From Chiloscyllium plagiosum (Eukaryota), in NCBI RefSeq assembly GCF_004010195.1, contig NC_057719.1, forward strand, positions 35,452,580-35,472,579: 20,000 nucleotides of DNA. Reading direction: 5' to 3'. This document shows, piece by piece, positions 9,880 through 19,672 of the stretch; position 1 is the stretch's first letter; every line of letters starts with the position of its first letter. Made by a program: the position numbers and the translations under genes. Under the pieces are notes generated by a model. That model ran no database searches and was not told where the DNA came from. It was given only the letters and a program-made list of their open reading frames with translations.

Positions 9880-10595
9880 GACCATAAGAAGCAGAATTAG
9901 GCCATTCAGTCCACTCCACCATTCGATCATGGCTTATATGTTTCTCAACCTTATTAGATTACTTACAGTGTGGAAGCAGACCCTTTGGCCCAACAAGTCC
10001 ACACCGAAGAGCAACCCACCCAAACCAAACCAATTCCCCTAAATTTACCCTTTCACCTAACACTACAGGCAATTTAACATGGCCAATTCACCTAACCTGC
10101 ACATCTTTAGACTGTGGGAGGAAACCGGAGCAAACCCATGCAGATACGGGGAGAATGTGCAAACTCCACACAGACAGTTGCCCGAGGCGGGATATGAACG
10201 CGGGTCTGTGGCGCTGTGAGGCAGCAGTGCTAACCACTGTGCCACCGTGCCACCCTAATGATCTTGCCTTCTCCCGAATCCCTTAATCCCCAGACTATTC
10301 AAGAAACTATCTATTCCTGTCTTAAAGACATTCAATGACTTGGCTTCCACAGCCTTCTGCAACAATGAGTTCCACAGATTAACCACCTATTGACTGAAGA
10401 AATTCCACTTTGTTTCAGTTCTAAAAGGTTCTCCCTTCACTGTGAGGTTATGCCCTCAGGTTCAAGTCTCTACCACTAGTGGAAACATTTTCTCGACATC
10501 TACTCTATCTAGGACTGTCTGTATTCTGTAAGTTTCAATCTGATTTCCCCCTCATCCTTCTAAACTCCATCAAGTACAGACCCAGAATCCTCAAA
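9880..10595 (-). mobile_element. CR1 LINE 3' fragment interrupted by a SINE
   Basis: 9880-9950 and about 10262-10595 are similar to the 3' end of the CR1 at 3609-4030 (gaccataaga, aggccattc, ttccacag, tgaagaaa, gtaagtttc). Confidence 0.8.
9952..10255 (-). mobile_element. HE1-like tRNA-derived V-SINE
   Basis: The reverse complement begins GGGTGGCACGGTGGCACAGTGGTTAGCAC (A box), carries the V-domain GAGTTTGCACATTCTCCCCG and ends in a TAATC tail. Homologous to 11431-11748. Confidence 0.9.
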
Positions 10596-11084
10596 CATTG
10601 GGTAATAATTGTTGCAGTTGCATTGGGCGGGAATGTACAGTACATTGGAACCTGATGTACTGTGCAAGGGTTTGTTTTAATTCTGCTGCTGCAAAGGATT
10701 AAAAGTACTGAAGGATTGCTGCTTCTGAGCAGGGAAAAACAATAGAAGCAGCATAATCTTATCTTTTCTTACTGAATCTAATGATGTATAAATTATGCAA
10801 TGTTACAGAGATTTTTGGAAGAGACATTAACTCCAGTTAAAGTGAATCACAAGTAAAACTATTTTGACTCCCCAGGATAAGAACCTGACCTCATTTGGTT
10901 CCTGAATTGTGACCTCAGAACAAACTTGTCTGGCTGTACCATTTGGTCAAATGTTTGTGTTTTAATGTAGGTTATTTTAAAAAAAAAAGTTTTGGTTAAT
11001 ATTTTACCTTTTAGGCTCTAAAAATCAAAACTATATACTTTTCTCATACTTCTGTTTAAAATACTCTGTCTTCCTCCCACACAA

Positions 11085-11297
11085 TAATCAAAGGCTGATT
11101 CTCCAGTGTAGTGCTGAAGGACGATTTCACCTTTGGAGTTGTAATCTTTCAGGTGCGATGTTAAACCAAGACCACATCTGCTTGCATGAGTGGATATAAA
11201 AGATCCCATAGCATTATTTCATATAAAAGCATTGAATTTGTTCTGGTCTGTCCTGGCCAATATTTGTCTCTCAACATCACAAATAAAGCAGATTATT
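11085..11297 (+). mobile_element. Deu-domain SINE fragment (SacSINE1/AmnSINE1-like), diverged
   Basis: Contains GGCTGA..CTCCAGTG.AGT.CTGA, GTTAAACC.AG, GTGGA..TAAAAGATCCCAT, TGTCCTGGCCAATATTT and CAGATTAT in Deu-domain order. Confidence 0.75.
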
Positions 11298-11430
11298 GGG
11301 GATATGAAGGTGGGGAAAGAATAAAGGGAGGAACAAACCAGTTTGTGTTTTGAAAGAGCTGGCACAAACTCAATGGGGTAAAATAGACTAGGTCTGTATT
11401 TTATTACTCCAATGATTGTACATTTTTAGT

Positions 11431-11748
11431 GGGCAGCACTGTGGCACAGTGGTTAGCACTGCTGCCTCACAGCGCCAGAGACCCGGTTCAATTCCCACCT
11501 CAGGCGACTGACTGTGTAGAGTTTGCACGTTCTCCCCGTGTCGGCGTGGGTTTTCTCCGGGTGCTCCGGTTTCCTCCCACAGTCCAAAGATGTACAGGTT
11601 AGGTGAATTGGCCATGCTAAATTGCCCGTAGTGTTAGGTAAGGGGTAAATGTAGGGGTATGGGTAGGTTGCGCTTCGGCGCGGCGGTGTGGACTTGATGG
11701 GCCGAAGGGCCTGTTTCCACACTGTAAGTAATCTAATCTAATCTAATC
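11431..11748 (+). mobile_element. HE1-like V-SINE, full length
   Basis: A box TGGCACAGTGG at 11442-11452, B box GGTTCAATTCC at 11485-11495, V-domain, LINE-like 3' end GGGCCTGTTTCC and a (TAATC)n tail. Confidence 0.92.
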
Positions 11749-11851
11749 AAAAGCAATCTCTTCCTTTATTTCATTACCACTAAATGTAAAATCTCTATTT
11801 CAGTTATTCATTCAATTTCTGTGCAGGGATTACACATACTTTCCTTACACT

Positions 11852-12459
11852 TGTGATGATGCTGTTCCTTTAACAAGGTTATGCTGTACTTAGCTTTTTT
11901 TTCAAAGAGGTCATAAAAGCAGTGATTCTGAAATGTCTGGTTTGGATGGGTTTTAAGGCCAGTTTGATTATAGCTAACAGATACTGTCTCAGACAAAAGG
12001 CTTTCAAGTTTAAAAAAAACTTGTACAATTAAAGGGGACTGGTCAGTTTTCTCGGCTCAGCCTTTCTCTGATTTGATTTGGTTAGCAAGCAGTTGTGTTG
12101 TGAAGCTGCTGGACCTAAAGAAGCAGGTCCATGCTGATCCTTCCTCTCTCTGACATCTTTCCTGTAAGGCCCCCTGTTTGATTTTACTTTTTATGTCAGG
12201 GGGTGTTTATGGGGATTGTTGCAAGCATTTGGAACAGCATCATTAAATTGGGCTAATCTCTTGGGTTTTCAGTTAGGTTAAATTATTCTGTCTTCTGTTC
12301 TTTTTTGTTTGTATTTCATTTGGTACTCTGTAAATAAATTCTGTTTTGTTTAAAAGTAAATGGTTGGTTCCTAGACTGTCCACTCTACACCTGCTTAAAA
12401 CAACTAGCAAAGTTAGGATCCAGGCCACTTTCTTGAAATGTCTGGCCTGGTGCATAACA
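11852..12459 (+). mobile_element. Probable solo LTR (608 bp)
   Basis: TGTGATG...CATAACA termini (6/7 inverted match), flanks CACT and TACT (4-bp TSD with one transition), AATAAA at 12333-12338. Confidence 0.65.
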
Positions 12460-13780
12460 TACTGAAAGCATGACAGCATGTACCCTTTGTTTTCTTTGGT
12501 AGTCTGACATTTTCCTATGTGTCTTGGTTTTTATTTGCATCCTAATCTTTCAATTTACTTGTTGTTTTATGCTTTAGAATTTGCCTTTATATTTTGCATT
12601 ACTTCTTTGAATGCTCACATTAATCTGTTGTCTTTGCTACCTTTCTTTGGTAGTATGGATCTAATCTGTACTGTATTTAAATACTTTTGCCATGTTCTTC
12701 TGTTCTGTGTTACATTGCTGTACAGTCTTTTCTCTTGAATGTTTGCTTCTTGTATTTATTTTCTTTTCCATTACAAGGTTCAATTCTATCTCTATGTGGT
12801 CACTGTTGTAGGAAATGGCTGTTGTAGGGTTTTGGTTTGCATTCAGATTTTGCAAGGTTTGAATTAGTCCAGATCCCTAATTCTGTCACTGGACATATTT
12901 CAGGAATGTGAAAGGAAGAAGGCAGTAGACTGATGTTTCAGGGAAAAGAAACTCTGCGTTTATTTAAATACAAATAAAATAAGTTATAATACAAGAAATA
13001 CAGAGAAAAGCACTGATCAGGTAAATTAATATGATCAATTATACAGAGGACATAATTAAATTCACTATTAAATTAAACAGAAAAAACACAATTAGATCCT
13101 AAACAGCAGTTGTAATCACAGGAACTTTAATCAGGCTTTCTACCTTTCGAGTCCCGTGCACTTTCATCACCAGCTTTCTCCTCCCTGCTAGCTAGGTTGG
13201 AAACTTTGGGATCTCAGGAGTTTGAGCTCACTACTGAGGAAAATACAGTTTTGAAGTACAGCTGGATCTTGAGTTTTTTGCTGTCGGTTCTCTTGGTTCA
13301 GAACAGTCCAGTGTCTGGAAGCTGTTGTTGGGATAATGCTCAGTTGGCTTCCCCCATCTCAGATTTCCTTTGTTGCGATGATGCCCTTGGTTTAACTTCC
13401 TGATTCAGTTTCTCTATTCAGCCTCTGTGGTCCGTTGTTCTGAAGCTGCTTGTTGAGGCTGGAAGCATGTGGGGAAGCTGTTGTGCAGAAGCTTGTTGAA
13501 AACAACAGACTGTATACCCCATTATCTCCCCTCAAATCTGTGGTGTCCATTTCTGGTGTTTTCCTGTGAAGTCAATTGGCTTCTGATAGTGAAGAGTATG
13601 TGTAAATGAATTTTAATTGAAGTTGAATGTTCAGTATCTGTATAGGCCGATGTATAAATGTTAGTTTCAGTTAAGAGTGTTAGGTTTGGTTGATTGTTCT
13701 CTTGGAATGGAGGTGAAAATTGGAATTCCAGGCTGAACGATGGTTCCAAGCAGGTCAGGCAGCATCGGAGGAGCGGAAAA

Positions 13781-13816
13781 AGTTGACGTTTCAGGTCAAG
13801 TCCCTTCATCAGGACT
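13781..13816 (-). ncRNA. Minimal hammerhead ribozyme motif
   Basis: The minus strand reads AGUC-CUGAUGA-AGGGACUUGACCU-GAAACGUC-AACU: conserved core, ACGU palindrome and GUC triplet. Confidence 0.7.
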
Positions 13817-13859
13817 GGGGAGGGGGAAGGAAGCTGAGAAGTAGAGGGGAGGGGGTTGG

Positions 13860-14110
13860 GTCTACTGCATCCGTTGCTCCCGATGTGGTCTCCTCTACAT
13901 CGGTTAGATAAAGCACAGACTCGCGGACCGGTTTGTGGAGCATCTGCACTCTGTACGCTCCAATCAACACCATCTGATTGCCAGCTATTTCAACTCCTCC
14001 TCCCACTCCCTTGGCAAGATGTCCATCTGCCAAAATAAGGCCACACACAAACTGGAGGAACAACAATTCATACTCCGCTTCAGGAGCTTACGGCCCGATT
14101 GCCTTAACAT
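13860..14110 (+). pseudogene. GIY-YIG endonuclease remnant (Penelope-type)
   Basis: VYCIRCSRCGLLYIG*IKHRLADRFVEHL...YFNSSSHS...KLEEQQFI..LRPDCLN, with TAG at 13905-13907. Confidence 0.88.
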
Positions 14111-14264
14111 AAGAGTTCACCAACTTCCAAATCTCCTCATCCCCAACTTCATCCCATGTCCAGCTTTCCCTCTCCTCCCCGCCTGCTTGATGAGACCTAA
14201 CCTGTCCACCTTCTTCCTCACCTATCCATTCCACCCTTCCCATTGACCAATCACAATAACCCTG

Positions 14265-14518
14265 TCTCACAGCACCTGGTTCCCATGTTCAATTCCAGCC
14301 TCGGGTGACTGTCTGTGTGGAGTTTGCTCATTCTCCTCATGTCTGTGTGGGTTTTCTCCCACAGTCCAATCCACAGGTGAGTTGGCCATGCTAAATTGCC
14401 CATAATGTTAGGTGCATTAGTCAGAGGGAAATGAGACAGGGTGGGTTACTCTTCGGAAGGTCGGTGTGGACTTGTTGGGCTGAAGGGCCTGTTTCCATAC
14501 TGTAGGGAATCTAATCTA
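14265..14518 (+). mobile_element. HE1-like V-SINE, 5'-truncated, nested in the Penelope remnant
   Basis: B box GTTCAATTCC, V-domain GTGGAGTTTGC and tail GGGCCTGTTTCC...AATCTAATCTA. Confidence 0.88.
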
Positions 14519-16195
14519 TCACCATCCCACCTATCTTTCCCCCACTCCCTCCCTCTATTTAATTCTCGACTCCCTTCTCCCTCCCCAGTCCTGATATAAT
14601 ATCCCAATCCAAAATGTTGACTTTCCTGCTCCTCCAATGCTGCCTGACCTGCTGTGCCTTTCCAGCTCCACATTTTATTGACTCTGACTTCCAGCATCTG
14701 CAGTCCTTGCTATTTCCAAGCGGCCATCTGTGTTTGTATATTTTTCCCAAAGCTCAGCCCAGCTAACAACTTTAGTTTTACAAGTTTTGAAAAGTCCAGG
14801 GTCTTGTCTTGTCTTATTTTAGATGATAGAGATTTTTGCTCAATCCTACACTATCTAATGAAATCTTAAGAAATGATTGAATATTTCGCAAGTGACTCTC
14901 CTTGTTTCTCCCTTAATACGAAACATTCTTCAGCCTTCCAGAACTGATGCAGATGTAAAATAGCAGTCATGATAGATTGACATTTTCTTCACACTGTTGT
15001 TTACATTTTCATCATGCCCGTTATTGGTCCAAGGACAGAACATAGAAGCTGGTCTTAACTACTGTGTGGCTGAAATTAGACCAGATGTCATTCCAAGAGA
15101 TAAAGAGAGGGGTGACCTCAATGTGGGAAAGCTTTACCTTAGCTACGCATTTCTTGATAATTGGGTGGGAGGATTTAATATCATGAGTCATTGATATGAA
15201 ATACTCACCAATCTCCAAAAATAAAGTATTATGAGCAGGCAGTAAAGAAGTAAACAGCATTTAAGGGGAAGAAGTTTTTAGGGTTTTTCACTTTGGCTTA
15301 ATTCCCTGAACAGCCTCAACACATGGAAGAATTTTTTATGGCAGGCAGCAAAGACCAGGCCATTCTGTCCATCCATTTTACAATGATGTCATGCCTACTA
15401 AAGGTCATAATCTTAAAAATATGTACTTTCTGTGGAATCTTCTAGAATTGACTTTTTGTTAAATCGGATATTGATGGCTGCACACGATATGCACTGCGAG
15501 TTATCCGGCGTGGTCTGTGGATTCAGAAAATACCATGCTGACTTGAAAAGACAGATTCCAGGCTAAAGGTCTCACTAAACATTCTCTGAAACCATCCACA
15601 ATTTATTTCTTGTCTTGAATGAGTTGTTCCAAATCATAGCTGTTGGCGATTGAACCACCAGTAAGAGTAAATGTTTGCAAATTATAATCCAGATTGTGGC
15701 TAAGTAAATTATCTCAACACTATATATGGGAAAGAGAACTGTGAGAAACCATTTGACAAGGCAGTCATTATTGCCCTCCCTTTCGATCTTGAAGTGTTGC
15801 CTAAAGAAATATACAGAAACAGTAACAGCAGAAAAAACAGTAACATCTGTGCTTTAAGACTTGAGTTTAACATCATAAATTACGTAAGCCTGTTCCTTTT
15901 CAATCCAACCTACAGGTAACAGGATTGCAAGTAATTTTGCTTTGTGATCTGCAGAAAGTACACCTCTTTAAGAGAATACTGAAATGATTTTGATTTATAA
16001 ATTCACTTAGACTACTGTTCTGGAGTGAAAACATCTTTCTGAGACCTTCAATGCATTTTTCCAAGATAAACCAATCACTTAAAATTATGCTTATTCTTTT
16101 ATTTATAACTCATTAGTGCACTATTCTTGGTGAGTGTATTTTTTTATTGAGTATGTGTATATGAGAATAGCTGGGTGGGTCATGTATCTTTAGAT

Positions 16196-16630
16196 CAGGT
16201 CTGGCAGTGTCTATGAAGAGAAATCAGAGCTAACATTTCAGGTGTGGTGACCCTTTCTCAGAACTGAGGTATTCCAATGAAGAGGAGAAAGTGAGGACTG
16301 CAGATGCTGGAGATCAGAGCTGAAAATGTGTTGCTGGAAAAGCCCAGCAGGTCAGGCAGCATCCAAGGAACAGGAGAATCGACATTTCGGGCATAAGCCC
16401 TTCTTCAGGAATGAGGAAAGTGTGTCCAGCAGGCTAAGATAAAAGGTAGGGAGGAAGGACTTGGGGAGGGGCGTTGGAATTGCGATAGGTGGAGGGAGGT
16501 CAAGGTGAGGGTGATAGGCCGGAAGGCTGACCAGACCTGAAACATTAAGTCTGATTTCTCTTCACAGGTGCTGCCAAACCTGATGGGCTTTTCCAGAAAC
16601 TTCTGTTTTTGTTTCTGATTTATAGCATCC
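16196..16630. mobile_element. Palindromic Penelope-derived non-autonomous element with a second pLTR fragment inserted in its centre
   Basis: Arms at about 16196-16255 and 16523-16582 are inverted repeats of about 60 bp. The centre (about 16283-16521) is a minus-strand pLTR similar to 19673-20000. Confidence 0.75.
16377..16412 (-). ncRNA. Minimal hammerhead ribozyme motif
   Basis: AUUC-CUGAAGA-A-GGGC-UUAU-GCCC-GAAAUGUC-GAUU. Confidence 0.65.
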
Positions 16631-17020
16631 ACAGTTCTTTTGGTTTTTATGTAACTTTAGACTTTGGGGTGAATACATGAATAAATAAAATCCCCTTCAC
16701 TTAATGCAGGAAATATTTTCTGCTCATTATTCAAATTGCCCACACACTAAGGTGCTTGGAAACTCCTTTCTTTAAAAAAAACACACAGATTATGGACAAT
16801 AAGGGAAGAGAATAAGTATCTATAACTCCTGTCTTATCCCTGTCCTTATCTGTCACAGTTCATAAGTATCCTTTATTTATTCTGATCACGTTATATTTGA
16901 ACTATGTTTCTCAACACACCACTTTAAATTAAACTGCTTGTGAGTCCTACTTGTTTTTAAATAACCTGTTACCCCTAATTAAATCTTAGTGTTTTCAAAG
17001 TATTCACTGGTTTATCTGCC

Positions 17021-17160
17021 TGACAGGTACATGGATAGGAAAGGTTGAGAGGGATATGCGCCAAGCACAGGCAAATGGGACTAGTTCAGTTTAGGAAACC
17101 TGGTTGGCATGGACCAATTGGATTGAAGGGCCTGTTTTGTCCTTCTGTATATGACTCTCT
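17021..17160 (+). mobile_element. CR1 LINE 3' end fragment
   Basis: Similar to 560-700 (GAGGGATATG, AAATGGGACTAG, GAAGGGCCTGTTT, ATGACTCT tail). Confidence 0.8.
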
Positions 17161-17188
17161 CTATTTCTCTCTCTCAGTAGTTACTTCA

Positions 17189-17342
17189 TATTCAAGGCTG
17201 AGATAGGTAGATGCTTAATCTAAGGAAATCAAACGTTATGGAAAATTGGGGTTGAGGTTACCAGATTAGCTATGAATGGCAGAGCTGTTTTATTAGGCTG
17301 AATGGCCTACTTTGCTCCTATGTTTTATGGTGGTATGTTCTT
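17189..17342 (+). mobile_element. CR1 LINE 3' end fragment (second family)
   Basis: TTCAAGGCTGAGATAG (FKAEI) ... GGCTGAATGGCCTACT ... TTATGGT tail, similar to the reverse complement of 3609-3770. Confidence 0.7.
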
Positions 17343-17428
17343 ATTCAACCAAATATTACCCAAAACCATGTGGGTACCTTGATCAGTCGTTCCATGTAAG
17401 GATCCAATAAATTTATGATTTTATTTCT

Positions 17429-17511
17429 TTTTTTTTCTTCTTTTTTTTTTCTTTTTTCTATTTTTTTTCGCAAGTGTGAGACACAGTGCTCTCCTGTTTA
17501 TTTTTTTTCTT
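17429..17511 (-). mobile_element. 83-bp polyadenylated retroposed insert with 17-bp TSD
   Basis: TTTATGATTTTATTTCT occurs at 17412-17428 and 17512-17528. T-rich tract at 17429-17468. Minus-strand AATAAA at 17497-17502. Confidence 0.75.
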
Positions 17512-17669
17512 TTTATGATTTTATTTCTATAGATTTCTTAGCTTGCCCCTCGTAAATTTGTTTATTCAGACCACCCTCCTCACATGTTGGTCGGTCAATC
17601 AATTTCTTTCTATATACATACATACACATCAATATAAAAGTAAGGAATACATTGTTATTTATTCTCTTT

Positions 17670-18002
17670 CGACGTACGTGATTGGATAAAGAAAGTTAAA
17701 ATTTAATGGCTACTTGTGTTCAATTAACACGATGAAAGTGTCAAGTTGTTCAATGTCTAATGCATTGGGATTATACTTCTCCTTGGGACCAGGGTGCGGG
17801 TATTTTATTTTCCACCTGTTCCCAGATGTTTCTGTTTAAAGGGATTGAATTTGTAAAGACTATTCACAACTGACCTCGTTCCTTCCAATCAGAGAGTTCC
17901 CCGAATAGCGTTCTCCTATTGGTTTGCTCGGCTTTGGGAACATTGCAATTACATTGGACAAGGTTGATTCGGTGGTTGGATGTTAGTGGAGAGTGTCTAA
18001 AC
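17670..18002 (+). promoter_or_regulatory. Candidate multi-CCAAT (NF-Y type) promoter
   Basis: ATTGG at 17681, 17764, 17918 and 17953, CCAAT at 17885, in non-repetitive sequence with locally more CpGs. Confidence 0.45.
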
Positions 18003-18048
18003 ATGTCAGGCAGTAGGAGGAAGAGGCGACTTCGCGTTTCTATTCAAG
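18003..18048 (+). CDS. Candidate first coding exon (MSGSRRKRRLRVSIQ, phase-1 donor), gene unidentified
   Basis: aaacATG has A at -3, encodes a basic NLS-like peptide, ends AAG|GTAACG, and lies directly downstream of the CCAAT cluster. Confidence 0.35.
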
Positions 18049-18597
18049 GTAACGAGGGGCTGTGACCTAGTAACTTTTGTCTGGTTTATTTTACTTTGTA
18101 TTGTAGATTTGGATCCTTTAACTCCTCTCAACTTCGTCCCTCGCCTGAGGCGTGGTAACCCTTGCGTTAAACTCTCTAATTGTCCCCCCAATAAAAGGGC
18201 AGTTCAACGTGATTGTCTCCACTTTACTTTTTATTATAGATTTCGATAATTCCCTCTTTAATTAGGCGGTTGTAAGATAGCATCTCACAGATTAAATGGA
18301 TTTTATTTTGTTTATTGAGTGATTAACTAAACTAATTACGTTTTGTTTTATTCTTCTAATGAATTGACCATCTTTAATTTGATTGTGCTATGAAATACTG
18401 GAAACCCTGGTCTCAATCATTGCAGAAAACACATTTATTTAGGGCTATCCTTGTAGTATCGTATTCTTGACACATAATGTGCAATGTGGATTCCTATTTC
18501 GTGGGAAGACCAACAGTGAATGTGCTGGTCAGTCAAATGAGTAAATCTAGCAGAGATGTGCTGCAAGACTGTCCTCTAGCTCCCTCCTGTGGGTTAA

Positions 18598-18785
18598 CAA
18601 AGTTACAAATCACACAACGCCAGGCTATAGTCCCAACAGGTTTAATTGGAAGCACTAGCTTTCGGAGCGCCGCTCCTTCATCAGGTGGTTGTAGAGTGAG
18701 CTCCGAAAGCTAGTGCTTCCAATTAAACCTGTTGGACGATAACCTGGTGTTGGGTGATTTGTAACTTTGCACACCCCAGTCCAAG
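18598..18785. mobile_element. Palindromic Penelope-derived element (second family)
   Basis: Inverted arms at 18598-18668 and 18700-18769 (about 70 bp) around a hammerhead core. Confidence 0.8.
18653..18687 (-). ncRNA. Minimal hammerhead ribozyme, intact core
   Basis: CAC-CUGAUGA-A-GGAGC-GGC-GCUCC-GAAAGCUA-GUG: stem I CAC/GUG, 5-bp stem II, AGCU palindrome, CUA triplet. Confidence 0.8.
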
Positions 18786-18794
18786 GGACATAAT

Positions 18795-19010
18795 GTTTCA
18801 TTTCCAAAACTGACTTCTCCACCACCTGATACTGCCTGGCTTGCTGTGCTCTTCCAGTCTCCTGCTTGCCTAGTTTGGAGTCTACCATCTGCAGTTTCTT
18901 TTTGTCTCTTACTGAAAAATAAGTAACCTGAAACATTAACTCGACTTCTGTCCCAACATGTGCTGCTAGACTTGCTGAGTATTTCTGGTAGTTTCTGGGT
19001 TTTTTTTCTT
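18795..19010 (+). mobile_element. Two degraded Penelope pLTR 3' fragments
   Basis: CTGCCTGGCTTGCTGTG..TTCCAG..CATCTGCAGT resembles 14640-14705. CCTGAAACATTAAC..TGCTGC..GACTTGCTGAG resembles 16536-16610. Confidence 0.6.
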
Positions 19011-19065
19011 CATCAGCTTTTATGTGGGATAATGTCTTCACTTTTTCTTTTTAATGCTGTAGTTT

Positions 19066-19672
19066 TAGAGTTGTAGAGATGTACAGCATGGAAACAGACC
19101 CTTCGGTCCAACTCATCTGTGCCAACTAGATATCCCAACCCAATCTAGTCCCACCTGCCAGCACCTGGTCCATATCCCTCCAAACCCTTCCTATTCATAT
19201 GCCCATCCAGATGCCTTTTTAAATGTTGCAGTTGTACTAGCCTCCATCGCTTCCTCTGGCAGCCCATTCCATACATCCACCACTCTCTGCGTGGAAAAAG
19301 TTGCCCCTGAGATCTCTTGGATATCTTTCTCCTCACCCTAAATCTATGCCCTCTGGTTCTGGACTCCCCCACCCCAGAGAAAAGACCTTGTCTGTTTACC
19401 CTATCCATGCCCCTCATGATTTTATAAACCTCTATAAGGTCACTCCTCAGCCTCCAACACTCCAGGGAAAACAGCCCCAGCCTGTTCAGCCTCTCCCTAT
19501 AGCTCAAATCCTCCAACCCTGGCAACATCCTTGGAAATCATTTCTGTACCCTTTCAAGTTTCACAACATCATCCTTCCAATAGGAAGGAGACCAGAATTG
19601 CATGCAATATTCCAAAAGTGGCCTAACCAATGTCCTGTACAGCCACAACATGACATCCCAACTCCTGTACTC
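19066..19672 (-). mobile_element. CR1 LINE 3' fragment (same family as 1-700)
   Basis: ORF 19145..19528 reads LSYRERLNRLGLFSLE..RLRSDLIEVYKI..TRGHRF. The 3' UTR matches 560-700. Confidence 0.93.

Larger units (their letters stand above)
13747..14716 (+). mobile_element. Penelope-like element remnant with inverted pseudo-LTR arrangement
   Basis: About 13747-13850 is an inverted copy of about 14553-14655. These flank a GIY-YIG coding remnant. A SINE is inserted at 14265-14518. Confidence 0.85.

Noticed and set aside
11298..11410. Degenerate LINE 3' tail after the Deu-domain SINE
   Set aside because: There is only weak similarity to a CR1 3' UTR, not enough for a feature call.
11431..11500. 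tRNA gene
   Set aside because: The A and B boxes belong to a SINE head that continues into a V-domain and is repeated elsewhere in the window.
12884..14974. Possible minus-strand solo LTR split by the Penelope remnant
   Set aside because: The termini (TGTCAC / ATGATA) and flanks (AATTC / GATTG) match too poorly to support the call.
18027..18056. RLRVSIQGN resemblance to the deoxynucleoside kinase ISIEGNI motif
   Set aside because: No GKST follows, and the read-through frame stops after GNEGL.
18130..18235. Short segment resembling a LINE 3' UTR
   Set aside because: Too short and diverged to assign, and there is no second copy in the window.
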